Source: Blepharisma stoltei ATCC 30299
Lineage: Eukaryota; Protista; Ciliophora
Assembly (NCBI GenBank): GCA_965603825.1
Contig: CBFDEM010000014.1
Coordinates: forward strand, 310,001-374,000
Direction: 5' to 3'
DNA: 64,000 nt
Shown here piece after piece: positions 36,658 to 49,807 of the stretch (position 1 is the first letter of the stretch; every line of letters begins with the position of its first letter). The translations under genes were made by a program, and so were the position numbers. The notes under the pieces are model-generated. The model worked only from the letters and a program-made list of their open reading frames with translations. It was not told the origin of the DNA and did no database searches.

Positions 36658-37851
36658 ATGGATGAATTATTTAAAGATAGATTTACTTGCCAGCTTGCTG
36701 AGCAAAATTATGAAGAATGTTATGGTCTACTAAACAGTTATCAATGCTCCCACAAGATGATGAAAAGCTTGCAAGGCTTAATTGTTTTCGAAATGCAATA
36801 CTACAATTTCACTCCGGCGTCTCTTCAAGATCCAAATCGAGATCATGCAATAAGAGACATATACGAAGAAGTAAGAGCTGGATTGACCACTTCAGATGAT
36901 TCTTTCTTTATTGAAATTCTCCATCTCATTCAAATCCAGCTGAAAACTTGCCAAATTTACAAACTCCTTTCTCAATCAGATTATCAGATACCAGAAAATA
37001 TCACGTCTTTATGCGAAAGCTATCTGAAAGAAACCAGTGAGTGCGACCATTACGACTTAAGACCTTTTCAAGAAACAATGGTATGTGAACTGACTTCTAT
37101 CAAAAACTTGGTCACTGCTTTTACAAGCTTATCGAAATTTAATTTTTTGCAGACTATTATTGCATTAACTAAAGCTCATTCAAGCATTCAGCAATGAGAA
37201 AAAATATTCCGCGACAAGAAGTATTCCCCAATTTCCCACAGTAATTCATCAGATGATTATAATCTTCTCTACAGATATCTTGTCAAAATGCTCCATGGGC
37301 TGATTGGTAAGGCAACGCTATATTTCGAAAGAACGCTTTCTGATGGTAATTTATTGGAAAACGAAGAATATTATAACAGGTAAATTATATGTAGACGAAA
37401 AGTACAATCCAAATGTGCAGAGTTGAAAATACATTATATTGCTTTATTGCTAGATAAAAGAGAAAATGAAGTCTTATTAAATTGACAAGAAGGAGGCTAT
37501 AGGTGCAAAAGGAAAAACAGCTCACTAACATCAACAATTCCTGATAAGTTTGTGCCTGTTTTCAAGCATAATTGAAAGCCTGAAGAGCTTCCAAATGAAA
37601 CTGAAGCTACTTTATACTCTGCATTGCAAAGTGAAAGCTCTACCATTATAAAGGCAAACCACAGAGTGAGTGAAATGATGTATAACTCATTAGATCTCTA
37701 TTTTCATTTCTGCAAAGTAGACGTCCATGTATATTTGGCTTCAGCTTATGCCTATGCATCATTAAGGCCAAAAGGTGAAGCTAAAGCAATAACTGAGTTC
37801 ATAAACCAGCTATGCACCCAATTAAGATCTCTGACACCAAGAGTTAATTAA
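36658..37851 (+). CDS. KICSTOR subunit 2 (C12orf66/DUF2003)-like protein, one intron
   Basis: FLQTIIALTKAH....W and L...LIGKATLYFERTLS resemble C12orf66 blocks; frame joined by TGA=Trp and intron 37380-37394. Confidence 0.6.
37380..37394 (+). other. 15-nt intron GTAAATTATATGTAG
   Basis: Consensus match; removes an in-frame TAA. Confidence 0.85.
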
Positions 37852-37855
37852 ATTG

Positions 37856-38968
37856 TTAATTAATTAGGTTTTTTTCATATCATTCAATATATAAAGACAT
37901 AAATTTGTAATCATTCGGGCTTGCTGACCTTGTTATTTTTCGAGTTTGCTTATACCTTTTACTTTTGATCCTTCTTATTTCTGTCGTTTCTTCGCTATTT
38001 AAATTCATAAAAGAACTTTTTATGTCATCAAATTCTTTCAAGCTCTTGTGATGGCCAAATGGGGACATTTCGAATTTAGGATAGACTGATGTCATGCTCT
38101 GTCTTAGCTCAGGTCTCATATTAGTTGATTGGTGATGATATAATTTCCTTATAGTAGGAAACGAAATTGTCTCATCTTTAGCAGAATCGATGGTTTTTGT
38201 AGTAATTTGCGGGTTTACAGGACTGCTGGCTATTGATTTTTTCTTTTTGATGATTCATGAATTATCTTCGAGAATCTTTTCTATATCACTTATATTTGAT
38301 TTTGGATCTTCAGAAGCTAAAACGTTTAAACTAGTTGAGGCTTGAAGACACTTAATCTCGTTTAAAGGTGAATAAATAGAATTTGAAGTGCATAGCAAAG
38401 AGTTTTCGGTTGAGGAGTGAGTTTTATAAAATGTATCTTTCGAAGGGATTATTGTGTTTTTACTTGTAGCTTGATTTGAATTTGCAGGATAAAATTCCCA
38501 ATTCGAGAGCTTTGGCTTTGTAACTGACAGTTCATTAATTGTGTCTGATCTCTCAGGGATAGATAATTGCTTTCTTAATTTAGACCCTGTTAAATCTGAT
38601 GTTTTCCGTTTTAGCCTTATCATTTTTCGAGAATTTTTTAATGATTTTTCATTTCATTCTTGTCGAGGCTTATTCATGTTGTCTTTTAAAAACATTTCCA
38701 GCTTAGCAGGTAATAGTTTTTCATGCTTATATGTGTGAGATTCCGTTGCCTTCCATTTTTTTTGAATTTTATTTTCTGTCTTTTCAGGGCTATTTATTAC
38801 AGTTTTTGGACTATTCTGCAAAGATCCATGATTATGAGAGCACAAAGGGAGTGGCGAGTTATTGGTGCTTAAGGAGTTAAATGACTTTTTTAGTTTGTTG
38901 CTTTTTAAACTTAACCGATGCTGCAGCTTTTTCCCTGTAATATTCAAATGTGAGATTACTAATGACAT
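37856..38968 (-). CDS. Hypothetical Ser/Lys-rich protein
   Basis: ORFs 38654-38968, 38255-38623 and 37880-38119 are one frame via TGA; TAA at 37856-37858. Confidence 0.7.
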
Positions 38969-39136
38969 TTATATTTATAATATTATTGTTCATGATATTT
39001 TAGTATGGTTTTGCCTCAATTTCACTGATCAAATATCTGATAGAGCCAAGAAGCTTCAATTAGGCTATTGCTTAAGCTAAATACTCCATTTATATTTATC
39101 AATAAGTAATTACACAACTAATAATTGTTTTATACA

Positions 39137-39568
39137 ATGATGCATTCTTGAAACTTCTTGAATTTTTCGCAAGAGCAAGACTTAAATGAAAATATAATAA
39201 AAGAAATGGGGATTTTAGAAAAAATCCTTGAAAAGCCTGTCGAAAACCTTTTAAGATCTAACATACCTCCTCCTAATAGAGAAGCTTTACTGCTCTTTAG
39301 AGAATACTTAAAATTTGCTAGTTGCTTAACATGATGTCATACAGATGGGACTCCTTGGTAATTTATAGCTAGATCCAAAATTATTAAAACATCTATTAGG
39401 GCAGAATTCGAGGCAGCTCGTGAAGAAAAAGACCCACTTATCCAAGGCCAACTTATTGTATCTTGACGACAAGCTCTTGATGAATTAAAGCACAAATATA
39501 ATGATGCTCAGCATGCTTTTGTACAAAGAATTCACGATGGAAGAACAGATAATAAAAGAGATATATAA
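39137..39568 (+). CDS. LYR-motif (Complex1_LYR) protein, one intron; alternative start 39206; absent from the ORF track
   Basis: REALLLFREYLKFASCLTWCHTDGTPW|SKIIKTSIRAEFEAAREEKDP; intron 39358-39372; TAA at 39566-39568. Confidence 0.8.
39358..39372 (+). other. 15-nt intron GTAATTTATAGCTAG
   Basis: Consensus match; splicing creates TG|A = Trp. Confidence 0.85.
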
Positions 39569-39815
39569 GTTAAGCTAAAAATGAAAAGAATTATCTATCA
39601 AGAAGCAATTAAACATTTTAAAGAATATTCAAAGATTAATTAAATTAAAAGAAAAGTATTTATGTGAGGATCAAATGGTGAAGCAAGCTTTCTTAAATCT
39701 CAAATTTGTTATATAATATGACAATAATGCGAATTTATTTATGCGGATATTGAATTATAACCCTTGTTCCTAGATTTATATCAATAGTTGCTATTAATTC
39801 TTAATTTTAACTTAA

Positions 39816-40871
39816 ATGGATTTTTCAGGCACTGAATCCAAAATCTTATATGGAAAGGAGTCTCCTGATATCATAAACCAAAACTCTTATATCTTCGGTG
39901 GTCCAATCATCAGCTCAGTGACTGAAACAAATTTTGCTAAATTGGATGGGAGTCCATCTCTTAGCAGGCTAAGCAATTCTACATACTCAAAAGAATATAT
40001 AAAAGATATCGAAACCCACCAAAATAAAGCACAAAAATATAATCTCAAAAAAATCGAATCTCAAGGGAAAAGCTATGAAAAGATAAAAAATGCATTAGCA
40101 GGTCAATTGAGTAGTTTAAAGCAGCAGCTCGAGCTTAACGAAGAACTCCAAGGGAGAGAATTAGACAAAATAAAAGAAGAATATGAGATAAGACTAGAAA
40201 ATATCGACAAAGATAGACATGAATCTGCAAGTCGCCTAAGACGAGAAATTGAGAAATATGAAGAAATTTTATCTGTAAATCAAAGACAATTTGATGAATA
40301 TGAGTACGAATATGAGCATTCAAGAATGAATATTGAAGATCAAATTGAAAACTTAAAGAAAGAAGTTGAAGAAATTGTTGAAAGCATTGATTACCATAAG
40401 GAACTCTTAGAAGTTACGTCAAAAAAAGAAGTTGAAGATATCAATAAAGAAATTTCTTGTGAAAATCAGCAGCACATCTTAAATTTGGAAAAAATAAAGG
40501 CTCAATCCTCTTCTTCTTATAATGAGCTGCTTCCAAGACTTGAAGCCAAAGATAAATTAATTCAAAACTTGGAATATGAAATAATCGAGCTTAGGAATCA
40601 TATATTAAGCCTAAAGGAAACAGCAGCAAAAGATATCCTTTCTTTAAGAGACACCATGAGATCTTCACAGAGAGTAATCGAAGCCCAACAAATGGAGCTG
40701 AAGCGGCTAAAATCCAACCATATTTCTGCTACTTCTCAGGCTGAACTTCTGTCAAAAGAAGCTTCTTTATTGGAAAATGAATATGCAAGGCTTAAAAGAG
40801 ACAATTCAAACATGTGGAATGAAATTCAAAGGCTGGAAGATCTAGTTTATGGCAAAAATATGGATGATTAA
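39816..40871 (+). CDS. Hypothetical coiled-coil protein (351 aa)
   Basis: Long uninterrupted ORF with E/K/L heptad character. Confidence 0.8.
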   Translation: MDFSGTESKILYGKESPDIINQNSYIFGGPIISSVTETNFAKLDGSPSLSRLSNSTYSKEYIKDIETHQNKAQKYNLKKIESQGKSYEKIKNALAGQLSSLKQQLELNEELQGRELDKIKEEYEIRLENIDKDRHESASRLRREIEKYEEILSVNQRQFDEYEYEYEHSRMNIEDQIENLKKEVEEIVESIDYHKELLEVTSKKEVEDINKEISCENQQHILNLEKIKAQSSSSYNELLPRLEAKDKLIQNLEYEIIELRNHILSLKETAAKDILSLRDTMRSSQRVIEAQQMELKRLKSNHISATSQAELLSKEASLLENEYARLKRDNSNMWNEIQRLEDLVYGKNMDD

Positions 40872-40876
40872 TGATA

Positions 40877-41593
40877 TTAATTAGTTATAGATATATTTCT
40901 GGGTGTCAAACTTTTATCTGCATCAAAATCAGTTGATGATTCGCTTGAGTCACTTCTATGAGACTTCTTGCGAGATAGATAAATTGATCTTCTTGAGCTG
41001 CTAAACTTTACATTTATTTGTGTTTTTTCTTGTGATGGATCAGGAGTTTTTGAGGTCTCCTTTTTCAAAGATGGCCTATTTTGGTGTGAGCAAATCTTAT
41101 TGATGCTGATGGATTTTTCAAATTGAATTGGCTGTGGATTTTTTGGATTTGAAAAGCGTCTCAAGAAAATGCTTGACTTTCTCTTAGGAAAACCCAGAGG
41201 GTTTATTAAATAAGTATTTGAGGAAGATGGCTTACTAGAAACAGCTAAAGCTGAGGATTTTTGAATTTTTCGATGCAAATGTTTATTTCTCTTTTTCATA
41301 TCTGAAATCAATTCTTTCTCCTTCTTTTGGCAGTACAGCATTCTCGCGCTATCAATGCCTTTCGAAGCTGAAATATCAAGTAAACTTTTTTCTAATAAGT
41401 ACTTTAGATCAATTAAATCGTCACCGTTGACAATAATCTTTTTTGAGCTATTAAAAATTGGGCTCCCAAATAATGACGTATCAGTTTCTCTTTTTCTCCC
41501 GATAGGTGATACTGACTTCGCATACATGTACTTTCTACTGTGAGGACTTATGCTTCTCATGTCCAAACAGAACAGATTTTGACTATTTTTCAT
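40877..41593 (-). CDS. Hypothetical basic Ser-rich protein (238 aa)
   Basis: Uninterrupted ATG-TAA ORF flanked by AT-rich spacers. Confidence 0.7.
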   Translation of the reverse strand: MKNSQNLFCLDMRSISPHSRKYMYAKSVSPIGRKRETDTSLFGSPIFNSSKKIIVNGDDLIDLKYLLEKSLLDISASKGIDSARMLYCQKKEKELISDMKKRNKHLHRKIQKSSALAVSSKPSSSNTYLINPLGFPKRKSSIFLRRFSNPKNPQPIQFEKSISINKICSHQNRPSLKKETSKTPDPSQEKTQINVKFSSSRRSIYLSRKKSHRSDSSESSTDFDADKSLTPRNISITN

Positions 41594-42036
41594 TATTATT
41601 TTGTTAAAGAAATCTATAATAAAGCCATTATTGCAATTTTAGAATATGGAGAGAATAAAAATAAAATGCAAGAAATCTAAGCAAGAATAATGGATATAAA
41701 ATTATTCAGAATTCTCAATTTAAGCAGATAAAAGATATCTTTATATTTTAATCTGAAAGCTAAAATGAATCATAATTGTCTTCGTGTGTAATTTGATTTT
41801 AATGACGAGCAAAGTCATTCGCTGGCTAAATAAATTCAATTGTATTTATTTATTCATTTTCGTCTTTGTTAAAATATGGATTTAATTTTCAGCTTAATTT
41901 AAATTACTGGAATTTTTCTTATGATTTATTGCTTTCAATATAATTTTATATTCAATTAAATTGTACTTCAGATTGCTTTCTTCTTCATTTATCATATTCT
42001 TTCTGATATCCATTATAAACAGGTTTATTGTAAAAT

Positions 42037-45000
42037 ATGCGCATAAAGAATGATGAAGGATTAACACAAGAAATCGAAACTTTTGAAAACACAACTAAAA
42101 TTCCTCTCAGAGAAAAATTAAAGCTGGCAATTTTTAGCTATCTTGGTGTGTTATTTAAAGTAAAATACCAAGGCAGCATAGAAGTTAAAACGCAAATATT
42201 TATTGAAGTTATTATCTCAGTGATTATTTCTCTTCAATTGATATTTTTCGCATGATTTCCATCGATGGGAATATCCGGGTGAAATTCCTGTTCAGGGCTG
42301 TGGATCATTGCGGGCTATTTTAACTTTGACTCTATATGTGGGAATAATGGATGAATAAACTATTGTTTTTATGGAACAATATCGGCAATACTTCTTTGTC
42401 TGGGCTGCTTAATTCTTATCGCGTTTTTCCAGTATTTTAAGCACGATATTCCAATTTTAATAGTAAATTTTACTCGGTGAATTGTCAGTGGCTTAACAAC
42501 AATACTATTCATTCCATCAAACTCAATACTTTTTGTTGTATTTAAATATTCCACATTTGATATAGGTGTAATTACAGAGTACACTGGCAATGCAAGTTCA
42601 GATTCGATCAATTATGGAGCTTTCGGGGCTTTTTTATCAATCCTATTTGTGATTTTATTGATGAGTATTGCAATAATAAATGAAATATTGACAAGCGATA
42701 TAAAGCACCACACAGCAAGTAGAAATATTAGATCAAAAGCAAGTTCAAGTTTGATTATACATGGATATTACTTATCAGCACTTTCGGTCTTCTGCTATAC
42801 CATTGTAGGGGTCGATTTAATATTTGAATTCAGGCTTGTTTTGTTTTTGCATATGGTCGCTATTTTTATCAATATTTACAAAAATTTGCCTTGCTATAAT
42901 TACATAGGAAATGTTATGCATGGTTGCAAACTTCTAAGTGTTGCGTGGGTTATGATTGTTTTTGATTTTGGGACCTTACTTGACGATGCGCTGATGATAA
43001 CAATCTTGAATATAATTTTACAGCCTGTAATACTTACCTGCACTGCACTGTTAATTCGCTCTCGTGCATTATCTTTCAAAACCAAAGAGATTCAAGTGTT
43101 GAACCAATATGATTTTGAGCTAAAAATGCGACATATTTTAGGTAATAAAAGTTATGAAAATAAAATTGATATCGTTCATCAATTTTCTTTTTACCAAAAC
43201 AACTATTCATTTTCCTTTGATAGGCTTTTTATAGTTTGGCAAACAAATTATTGCTTTCATATTGTAAAAGATGAAAGCCTTGCTCGAGTAAAGCTGTCAA
43301 AAATTAAGGAATATAGTTGAAGTCTAGAAGGAGAAATTCAAGAATGAAGGATTTACCAAGATTTTGATAAAAATAAAAATAGCACACCTCAAGAATTGAA
43401 GTTTTTAGAGTATTTATTAGATCTGAATAAAATAAAGATCAGAGATGAAAGGCTTTGCTACATTCTCTTTGGAACTGTTAACGAAATAACTTCTAGAAGC
43501 TCAAATGTTAATGCTTTGTACAAAAAAATTTCAATTTTATCAGACAGCATCAATGATCTCGATTCTCTATATAAAAAAATAACAACGAACTGCAAGCATG
43601 CCTATGCTTATGAACTTTATGCATCTTTTCTTCAAACTATAATGCAAAATTCAGATCAGGCGAATTTGATGAGAAGAAGAAAAGAAACTGTTAAATCAAT
43701 CGACCCATTTTTAGATGAAGAAAAAAGGCTTGCTATGTATGATGAGGATAATGGTATGATTTTAATTTCTCTAAACTCAGAATCATTTGGATCAATTTTT
43801 TATATTAACGAAAAAGCTGCTAAACTCCTTGAGACTACTATTACAGATGGGCTTGAAGCTTATCTTTCTGATTTCATCCCTGAGCCTTTTAACATAAATC
43901 ATAATGAGCGTATCAAAAAATTCCTGAAAAATTGTGACAATGTGAATATTGGATTGCCAATGGATTTTTTTCTGATGTCCCGAAAGGGCTATTTAGTGGA
44001 GTGTAATATGTTTGCAAGACTTGCTGCTTTCAAAGACTCAATTTATATTTTATTGTCACTTCGGCCTAAAAAGTTTCATCGAGAGATGGCTTTTATATCA
44101 GAGGAAGGATTCATTTACAACCACACTCAGGAATTTGCAGTACATCTAGGCTATAACTTGTCATCAGTAAAAGGCCAATTTCTATCAAATCTTATTCCTC
44201 ATTTAGATTTATCAAGCATTCCTCCATTTAAAATTATAAGTGTCATATTAAAGAAAAAAGAAATCTTTCTTGTCTATTCAGCAAGACAATGGAGAAACTC
44301 GAAATTCTTTGAAATTTTATTGATAGAAGATGATGAAGAAATTAATTTATGAAAATCTGGTTATCACCCAGAAAAGTGTGATTCTGATAGTCAAGATACC
44401 TCATCTGAAGAAATGGAAAATTATAAGAATGAGCACAACACCTTAAGGATTAATGAAACACAAAATAGTATTTGTTTTGAGGTTGGAGTACCTCTATTTA
44501 AAACTGAACCGAAAAAGCGATTGGATGAAACAGGTATAAACAATATTGATAATAAAAATAGCCCAAATGATGAAAGAATAGATTCTAATCCACAAACTAG
44601 CAGTCAATCTGTCAGCACTAAGCGTAAAATTTAAGTAGACTTTGTCAGAAGAGTCATCCAAGAGTATGAGAAAGCTATAAACATTTTTCAGAAAATTTTA
44701 TTTATTATGGTAAATTCAAATTAGATAATTGCTATCGCTGGGACAAATATTGGAATCTTAATTTATATTTATAAAGAAGTCGATCACACAGCTTCTTTGC
44801 AAATATTTGAAAATGGAGGGCAAATGGTATACGATTTAAGCTCTATTGCTGATACATTAATTTCATTCGAATATCATGTGCAAAGAAATGAGAGTGCGGA
44901 GAATGAAATTGAAGATTTAACTTTAATCTTGGGAGGATTATTGGTTATACAAAATAAACTGTTGAAGGAACTATCTGATTGGGACTATTGCCCTGCTTCA

Positions 45001-46260
45001 AAAATTGTCACTGAATCGGAAATTCCCGTATGAATGATTAGCCCAAGCCCATTTCTAGTGAAAAGCAATTTATATGATGTGATCTCTTTATTTATAACTT
45101 ATGTAACGCTTATTCAGACAACTAAATTCTTAGAAAAAGCTTCTAAAAGTGAGTCTTATAGTGATGAACTAAAATTTCTGCAAATAAATAGCTTGACCTT
45201 TACTTATCAATATACAATTTCTGCATTAAATGCTTTGACTTTATGCGAGTCAAATAGAATTTATGAACAAGGCTTATGGGTTAGCGTCATGACATTCATT
45301 TCCATCGGTATATTAATGCTCTGCTTAGCTGGCCTAATATGATACATCTGGTCTTTAAATAATAAAAATAATTCAGCATGAAACGCAGTAAAACGAGAAT
45401 CTCATTTAGCATATGTTGAATTTGTACAAGCTTGCATTGATAGACTTTTATTAATCCATAATAATGACGACTTGAGTTTCGAAGATATAAAAATTCAAAA
45501 TAAATCAAAAAATAATATAAAAAAGCTCAATACCAGAATTTATTTGCGTTTTTACAAAACATTGTCAGTTTTTTTATTTCTTTCATTTGTTTTTTATATG
45601 ATTATCGAGTTTTGACTATATAGCGACTGCAAAGTGTATATGAATAATCGTCCAAAATTATTGGAAAATTTTGGTGCAAGGCTTATACTGACTACGAGAA
45701 TGAGTTTTTTTGCAAAGGAATGCCACATTCCAAATTTAATTGAAAATTTTGAATCTAGTTATGATTTTCAAAATTTATTAAGTGAGATTTATGATGCAGC
45801 AGATCAATTAAAACAAATAAATGAGAGAATTTCTGATAATTCTATGCAGGATTTGATATCAGATGAGCTAAAGGTAAGACTTTATGAGCATACAAACTCA
45901 AATAAAAATATTTTAAAATATGGCACTGTAACTGCTATCGAAATCATAATTTATGAGTCCTATAATGTTGCGACATCAGAAAAACAAGCTCTCGATATTA
46001 ATACCTATGAAGACTATATAAAATCTATAGAAAAAGATATCATGACTGATTTTTTATTATCAAATCGAGATTCAAAAAATAAAATTACTCATCAATTAGA
46101 TTTGATTTTCATAGTAACAATTTTCTACTCTAGTATTTCTGTATTAATGTACTTTATTTATTATTGACCTTTTCTCAATTCAGAGAAACTTAAAATGCAA
46201 AAATTACAGCTATTTTCGACTGTAGTTCCGGGCTCCCACAGCTTATATAGCCAACCATAA
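42037..46260 (+). CDS. Multi-pass membrane protein with PAS domain (TmcB/'tiny macrocysts'-like), 2-3 introns
   Basis: N-terminal multi-TM block; PAS-like GSIFYINEKAAKLL...DFIPEPFNINHNERI..F; C-terminal TMs. One frame via many TGA and introns 44624-44638 and 44710-44724 (candidate 45103-45117); TAA at 46258-46260. Confidence 0.78.
44624..44638 (+). other. 15-nt intron GTAAAATTTAAGTAG
   Basis: Consensus match; removes an in-frame TAA. Confidence 0.85.
44710..44724 (+). other. 15-nt intron GTAAATTCAAATTAG
   Basis: Consensus match; removes an in-frame TAG. Confidence 0.85.
45103..45117 (+). other. Candidate stop-less 15-nt intron GTAACGCTTATTCAG
   Basis: Full match to GTAA-N5-A-N2-YAG but not needed to keep the frame open. 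Confidence 0.5.
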
Positions 46261-46518
46261 AAACGATAAATGCAGAATATTTTTTAATAACACAAATGTT
46301 CATAGCTTTTAAAGACGGCTTGAATGATATTTGAAACTGGAAATTGTTCGGATTATCCTTGAATTTAATTCAGGTCTATAAATATCTGAATAATTAATTT
46401 TATTTATAAATAGATTAGAGTAATAGATGAAATAATAATAGTTAGTTATGATCTAAAGAGATATTTATTAGTAAAAATGAAAAATAATATTATTTGATAC
46501 AATAAAAATAGATGTTTA

Positions 46519-47382
46519 CTAGTCTACCAAACTTAACTTTATTTTTCTTAGCTTCTTCTCGTCCAAATTAAAACTGAAATAAAGTGAGCAATTTATCTGG
46601 AGAGCCACAATAAATACAGTATTTTCATAAATTAAATAATCCTTCGGAGAACTCCTATTGAAATCTGAATTTCCAATTTGTTTTCACACGTAAATATTTT
46701 CATATTCACTTTCTAAAATTTTCCCATCTATTTCAAATATGTAAATTATTTCATTTGCATTTATTAAAAACTTGGATTTTGGAGGTCATTGATCAAAATG
46801 CAGAATTGATGAGTAGGAATTTATATCAATATCATATAGAATCAGATCTGAAGGAGTAAAGCCAATTATCAAAATATATTGCTTAAAAATAGCGCACGAG
46901 CATTTCATAGTTGCAGTAGGAAGTGCGCAAAGGCTAAATCATCGATTTTTAGTTAAATCAAATTTCACAGCAAGATTTAGCATTTGAGTTGGGTCAGAGC
47001 CTCCAAAAAAATAAACTGAGCTTTGATAGTAAATCCCCCCGGTCTCAAAGCACGGCTTACCATTTGGAAGAACTTTTTTAACAGAGCATGACGAGATATC
47101 ATAAATGCATGCAGACCCAGATACTGTTCAATTTCTTCCTTTTAAAACTTCGCTTCCATATAGGAATAACTCATTATTAGGCATTCTTACAGCTGAAGCA
47201 CTGCAATTTAAATATTTCGAGGCTCTAAAATATTTGCTCCGAGTTGTGTAATTTTCTATATCAAAAATATATATGAGCTTGTGATAGTTTTCTTCTTTAA
47301 GAAAATATAAATAGTTGCTTTCATAATAATCATAAATGATTGATCTCTCTTCCAAATTATCCTTTTGCTTTAATTTCATCAT
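46519..47382 (-). CDS. Kelch-like beta-propeller protein
   Basis: MPNNELFLYG, SVYFFGGS..LAVKFDLTKNR-W(TGA)-FSLCALP; open to TAG 46519-46521 with TGA=Trp. Confidence 0.75.
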
Positions 47383-47518
47383 TTTTAATGTAGAATAAAT
47401 TATTATTAATATAATTTAATTTTCATAATCAATTATAATCATAATTTTTACTTAATCTACATTTGTGTACTGGAATGCAAAGATATCTTTCCCTCTTTAT
47501 CTCCATTTTATAATTGTA

Positions 47519-48670
47519 ATGAAAAACAAAATTAGCTCACTTGAGACATCATCCATGGCATTCGACACATCTTTGCTACTTTCGAACACTTGTGGATCAA
47601 TAATTGAGAAGTCAAAGTTCTATCTTCAGAGAAAAATATGTTTAGATAGCAACAGACGAAATGATTTCAGCTTGGTGAACCGATCCAAAGATACTCTAAT
47701 TTCTGGGATTAAAGCAATAAACAGTGATTCAAATCACTCACTACTAAGAATTCCAAGATCCACCTCACAGTCTCAGTCCAATCACTTGAAAAATGAAAAA
47801 GGTTCAGATAATAAAAAATTAGCAGTAAAAAGGGCAAGAAGCTCAAAATGTTTAAAAAGTATAGACCGTACTAATAAAACTTCTAAAAATACAATCCCTG
47901 CCAAAAGAGCATTTATATCAAGCGTGAGTCCTGAGCCTAACCTGCTTGCCAAAGAAGAAAGAAATTTATCGGTAAAACTACTAAAAGAAGATAGTTTGAA
48001 ACATAAAATTTCTATTAAATTATTGAAAACAAAAAGCTCAAACTGAATTGTGCTTAAAACTCCAGACATCAGAGTTATTAAATCTCCATTTAAAGATGGG
48101 AATTACCCTATAAATAATAATAAGAAATCAAATGAAACCATAAAAACCCCAAATGAGGATAAATCTGATATCGAAAAATTAATTGAAAGTCAAGCTATAT
48201 GAAAAGAGAGAAATAAAAATAAATTTATTGAAATCCACCCAATAAACAATGAAGCCCATTCAGAGCCAATACTTGAATCAAGAAATTCAGAGATCTCAGA
48301 TATAAAATCTGTAGCTGAAAATAATACTGAGAGAAGCATACCAAGTTATAGGGTTTCTTCGGTAAGCCATAGAACATCAAGGTTCAGAATTGCTAGAAAA
48401 GTTCTAAATTCTAATGATAGAAGCAAAAGACCTACAGCTAGAGAAGAAAAGGTACTAAGAGACATAATGAATTATGAATCACTTGTTGAAAATATTCGGG
48501 AAAAAAGCAAAAAAGATCCTTTAATTGACGGTCAAGCCAAAAAATTAAAGCAAAGCATAATTAATGATGAAAATTATAAAGAGATTTCCTTAGAAGTACT
48601 GAAAGATACTTCATTTTTTGCTGAAAAAATAATGAAGCAGATCAGAAACAAGCACAGCAGAGTCATATAA
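47519..48670 (+). CDS. Hypothetical basic low-complexity protein
   Basis: ORFs 47465-48046 and 48467-48670 are one frame via TGA; first ATG at 47519. Confidence 0.7.
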
Positions 48671-48717
48671 TTAAAGCTGCATAATAAATTATACTGTAAA
48701 TTTCTTTTATTTATTAT

Positions 48718-49620
48718 TTAACCCATTTTAGTCAAAACAATAGTCGCATCTTGCTTCATTGGTTGAGGCCTCAGCTTAGGAGACTTACTTCCAAGGCTAC
48801 TATACATGGGACTTTTTGGTCTCTCAGGAGTACTATAAATATCTCCTGTAACGGCAGGAGATGTGTTTTGTTTATTTGCTTGTCTCAATTTACTTTTTAA
48901 TATATAGTCAGATTGATATTTCCCTGGTCCTTTGGGAAGTGGAGATGTTGATCCTTTGGAAGTCCTTGGCTGTTTCATCGATTTCTTTTTCAATAATTCT
49001 TCAATCGTATTTGCTTGTTCCTGAATGGTCTGGTCTTTGACAATCTACTTATTTTTTACAATTTGTTCCTCAATTTTTTGTACCAATTTTTTAAAGTGGC
49101 TTTCTTGCTGCTTATGCTCTTTAATCTCTAATCGTAAATCATTTAAATCTTCTCTTAGGCGCTCTAAATCGCTATCTTTTGATGCAATACACTCTTTGAG
49201 TTCTTGGTTGCGGCTTAATAAGATTTCAATTTCTTCTCGAGTTCGATCACTTATGATTTCTCATTGTTTGACTTCGTTGTGATGGCGATCTTGTATTAAT
49301 CTCAACTGCTGCTTTAGCACATCTCTTCTATCAATATTAGTCTGCAAGTCTTCTAGGAGCTTTTCAGCTTCGTGATCTTGAGATTGGCAAGGCCCAAATG
49401 ATTCTCGAGTATGGTAGCTTTCTTCATTTGATATCGCATTTATTACTTCTTTGACATCCAAATCAAGCTTTTGCAAATTTTCTAGGTTTTCTTGAGCTTT
49501 TTCGTTGGATTCATTCTGGTCCTGACGAAGTGACTCAAGTTCTGTATCGTGAAAGTCACTTGGTGGGCTTGGATCATCTTCAGGATCTTCAACTGTAAAT
49601 AGCTTATTTTCAGCTTCCAT
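48718..49620 (-). CDS. Hypothetical coiled-coil protein, one intron
   Basis: ORFs joined via TGA at 49261 and intron 49045-49059. Confidence 0.78.
49045..49059 (-). other. 15-nt intron GTAAAAAATAAGTAG
   Basis: Consensus match; removes an in-frame TAG. Confidence 0.82.
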
Positions 49621-49807
49621 ATTTAATTATTGCATTAACACACATCATTTTAATGAAAATTTCTGTATATTATCATATTATGCGATTTTAAAATAAATAA
49701 TCCTAAGTATATACGCTTGCAGCATTTTATATTTTCAGGTCTATATGCTATTTATTATAGAAATAGAACTTAATTATGAAATATATAATAATAAAAATTT
49801 ACTTACA

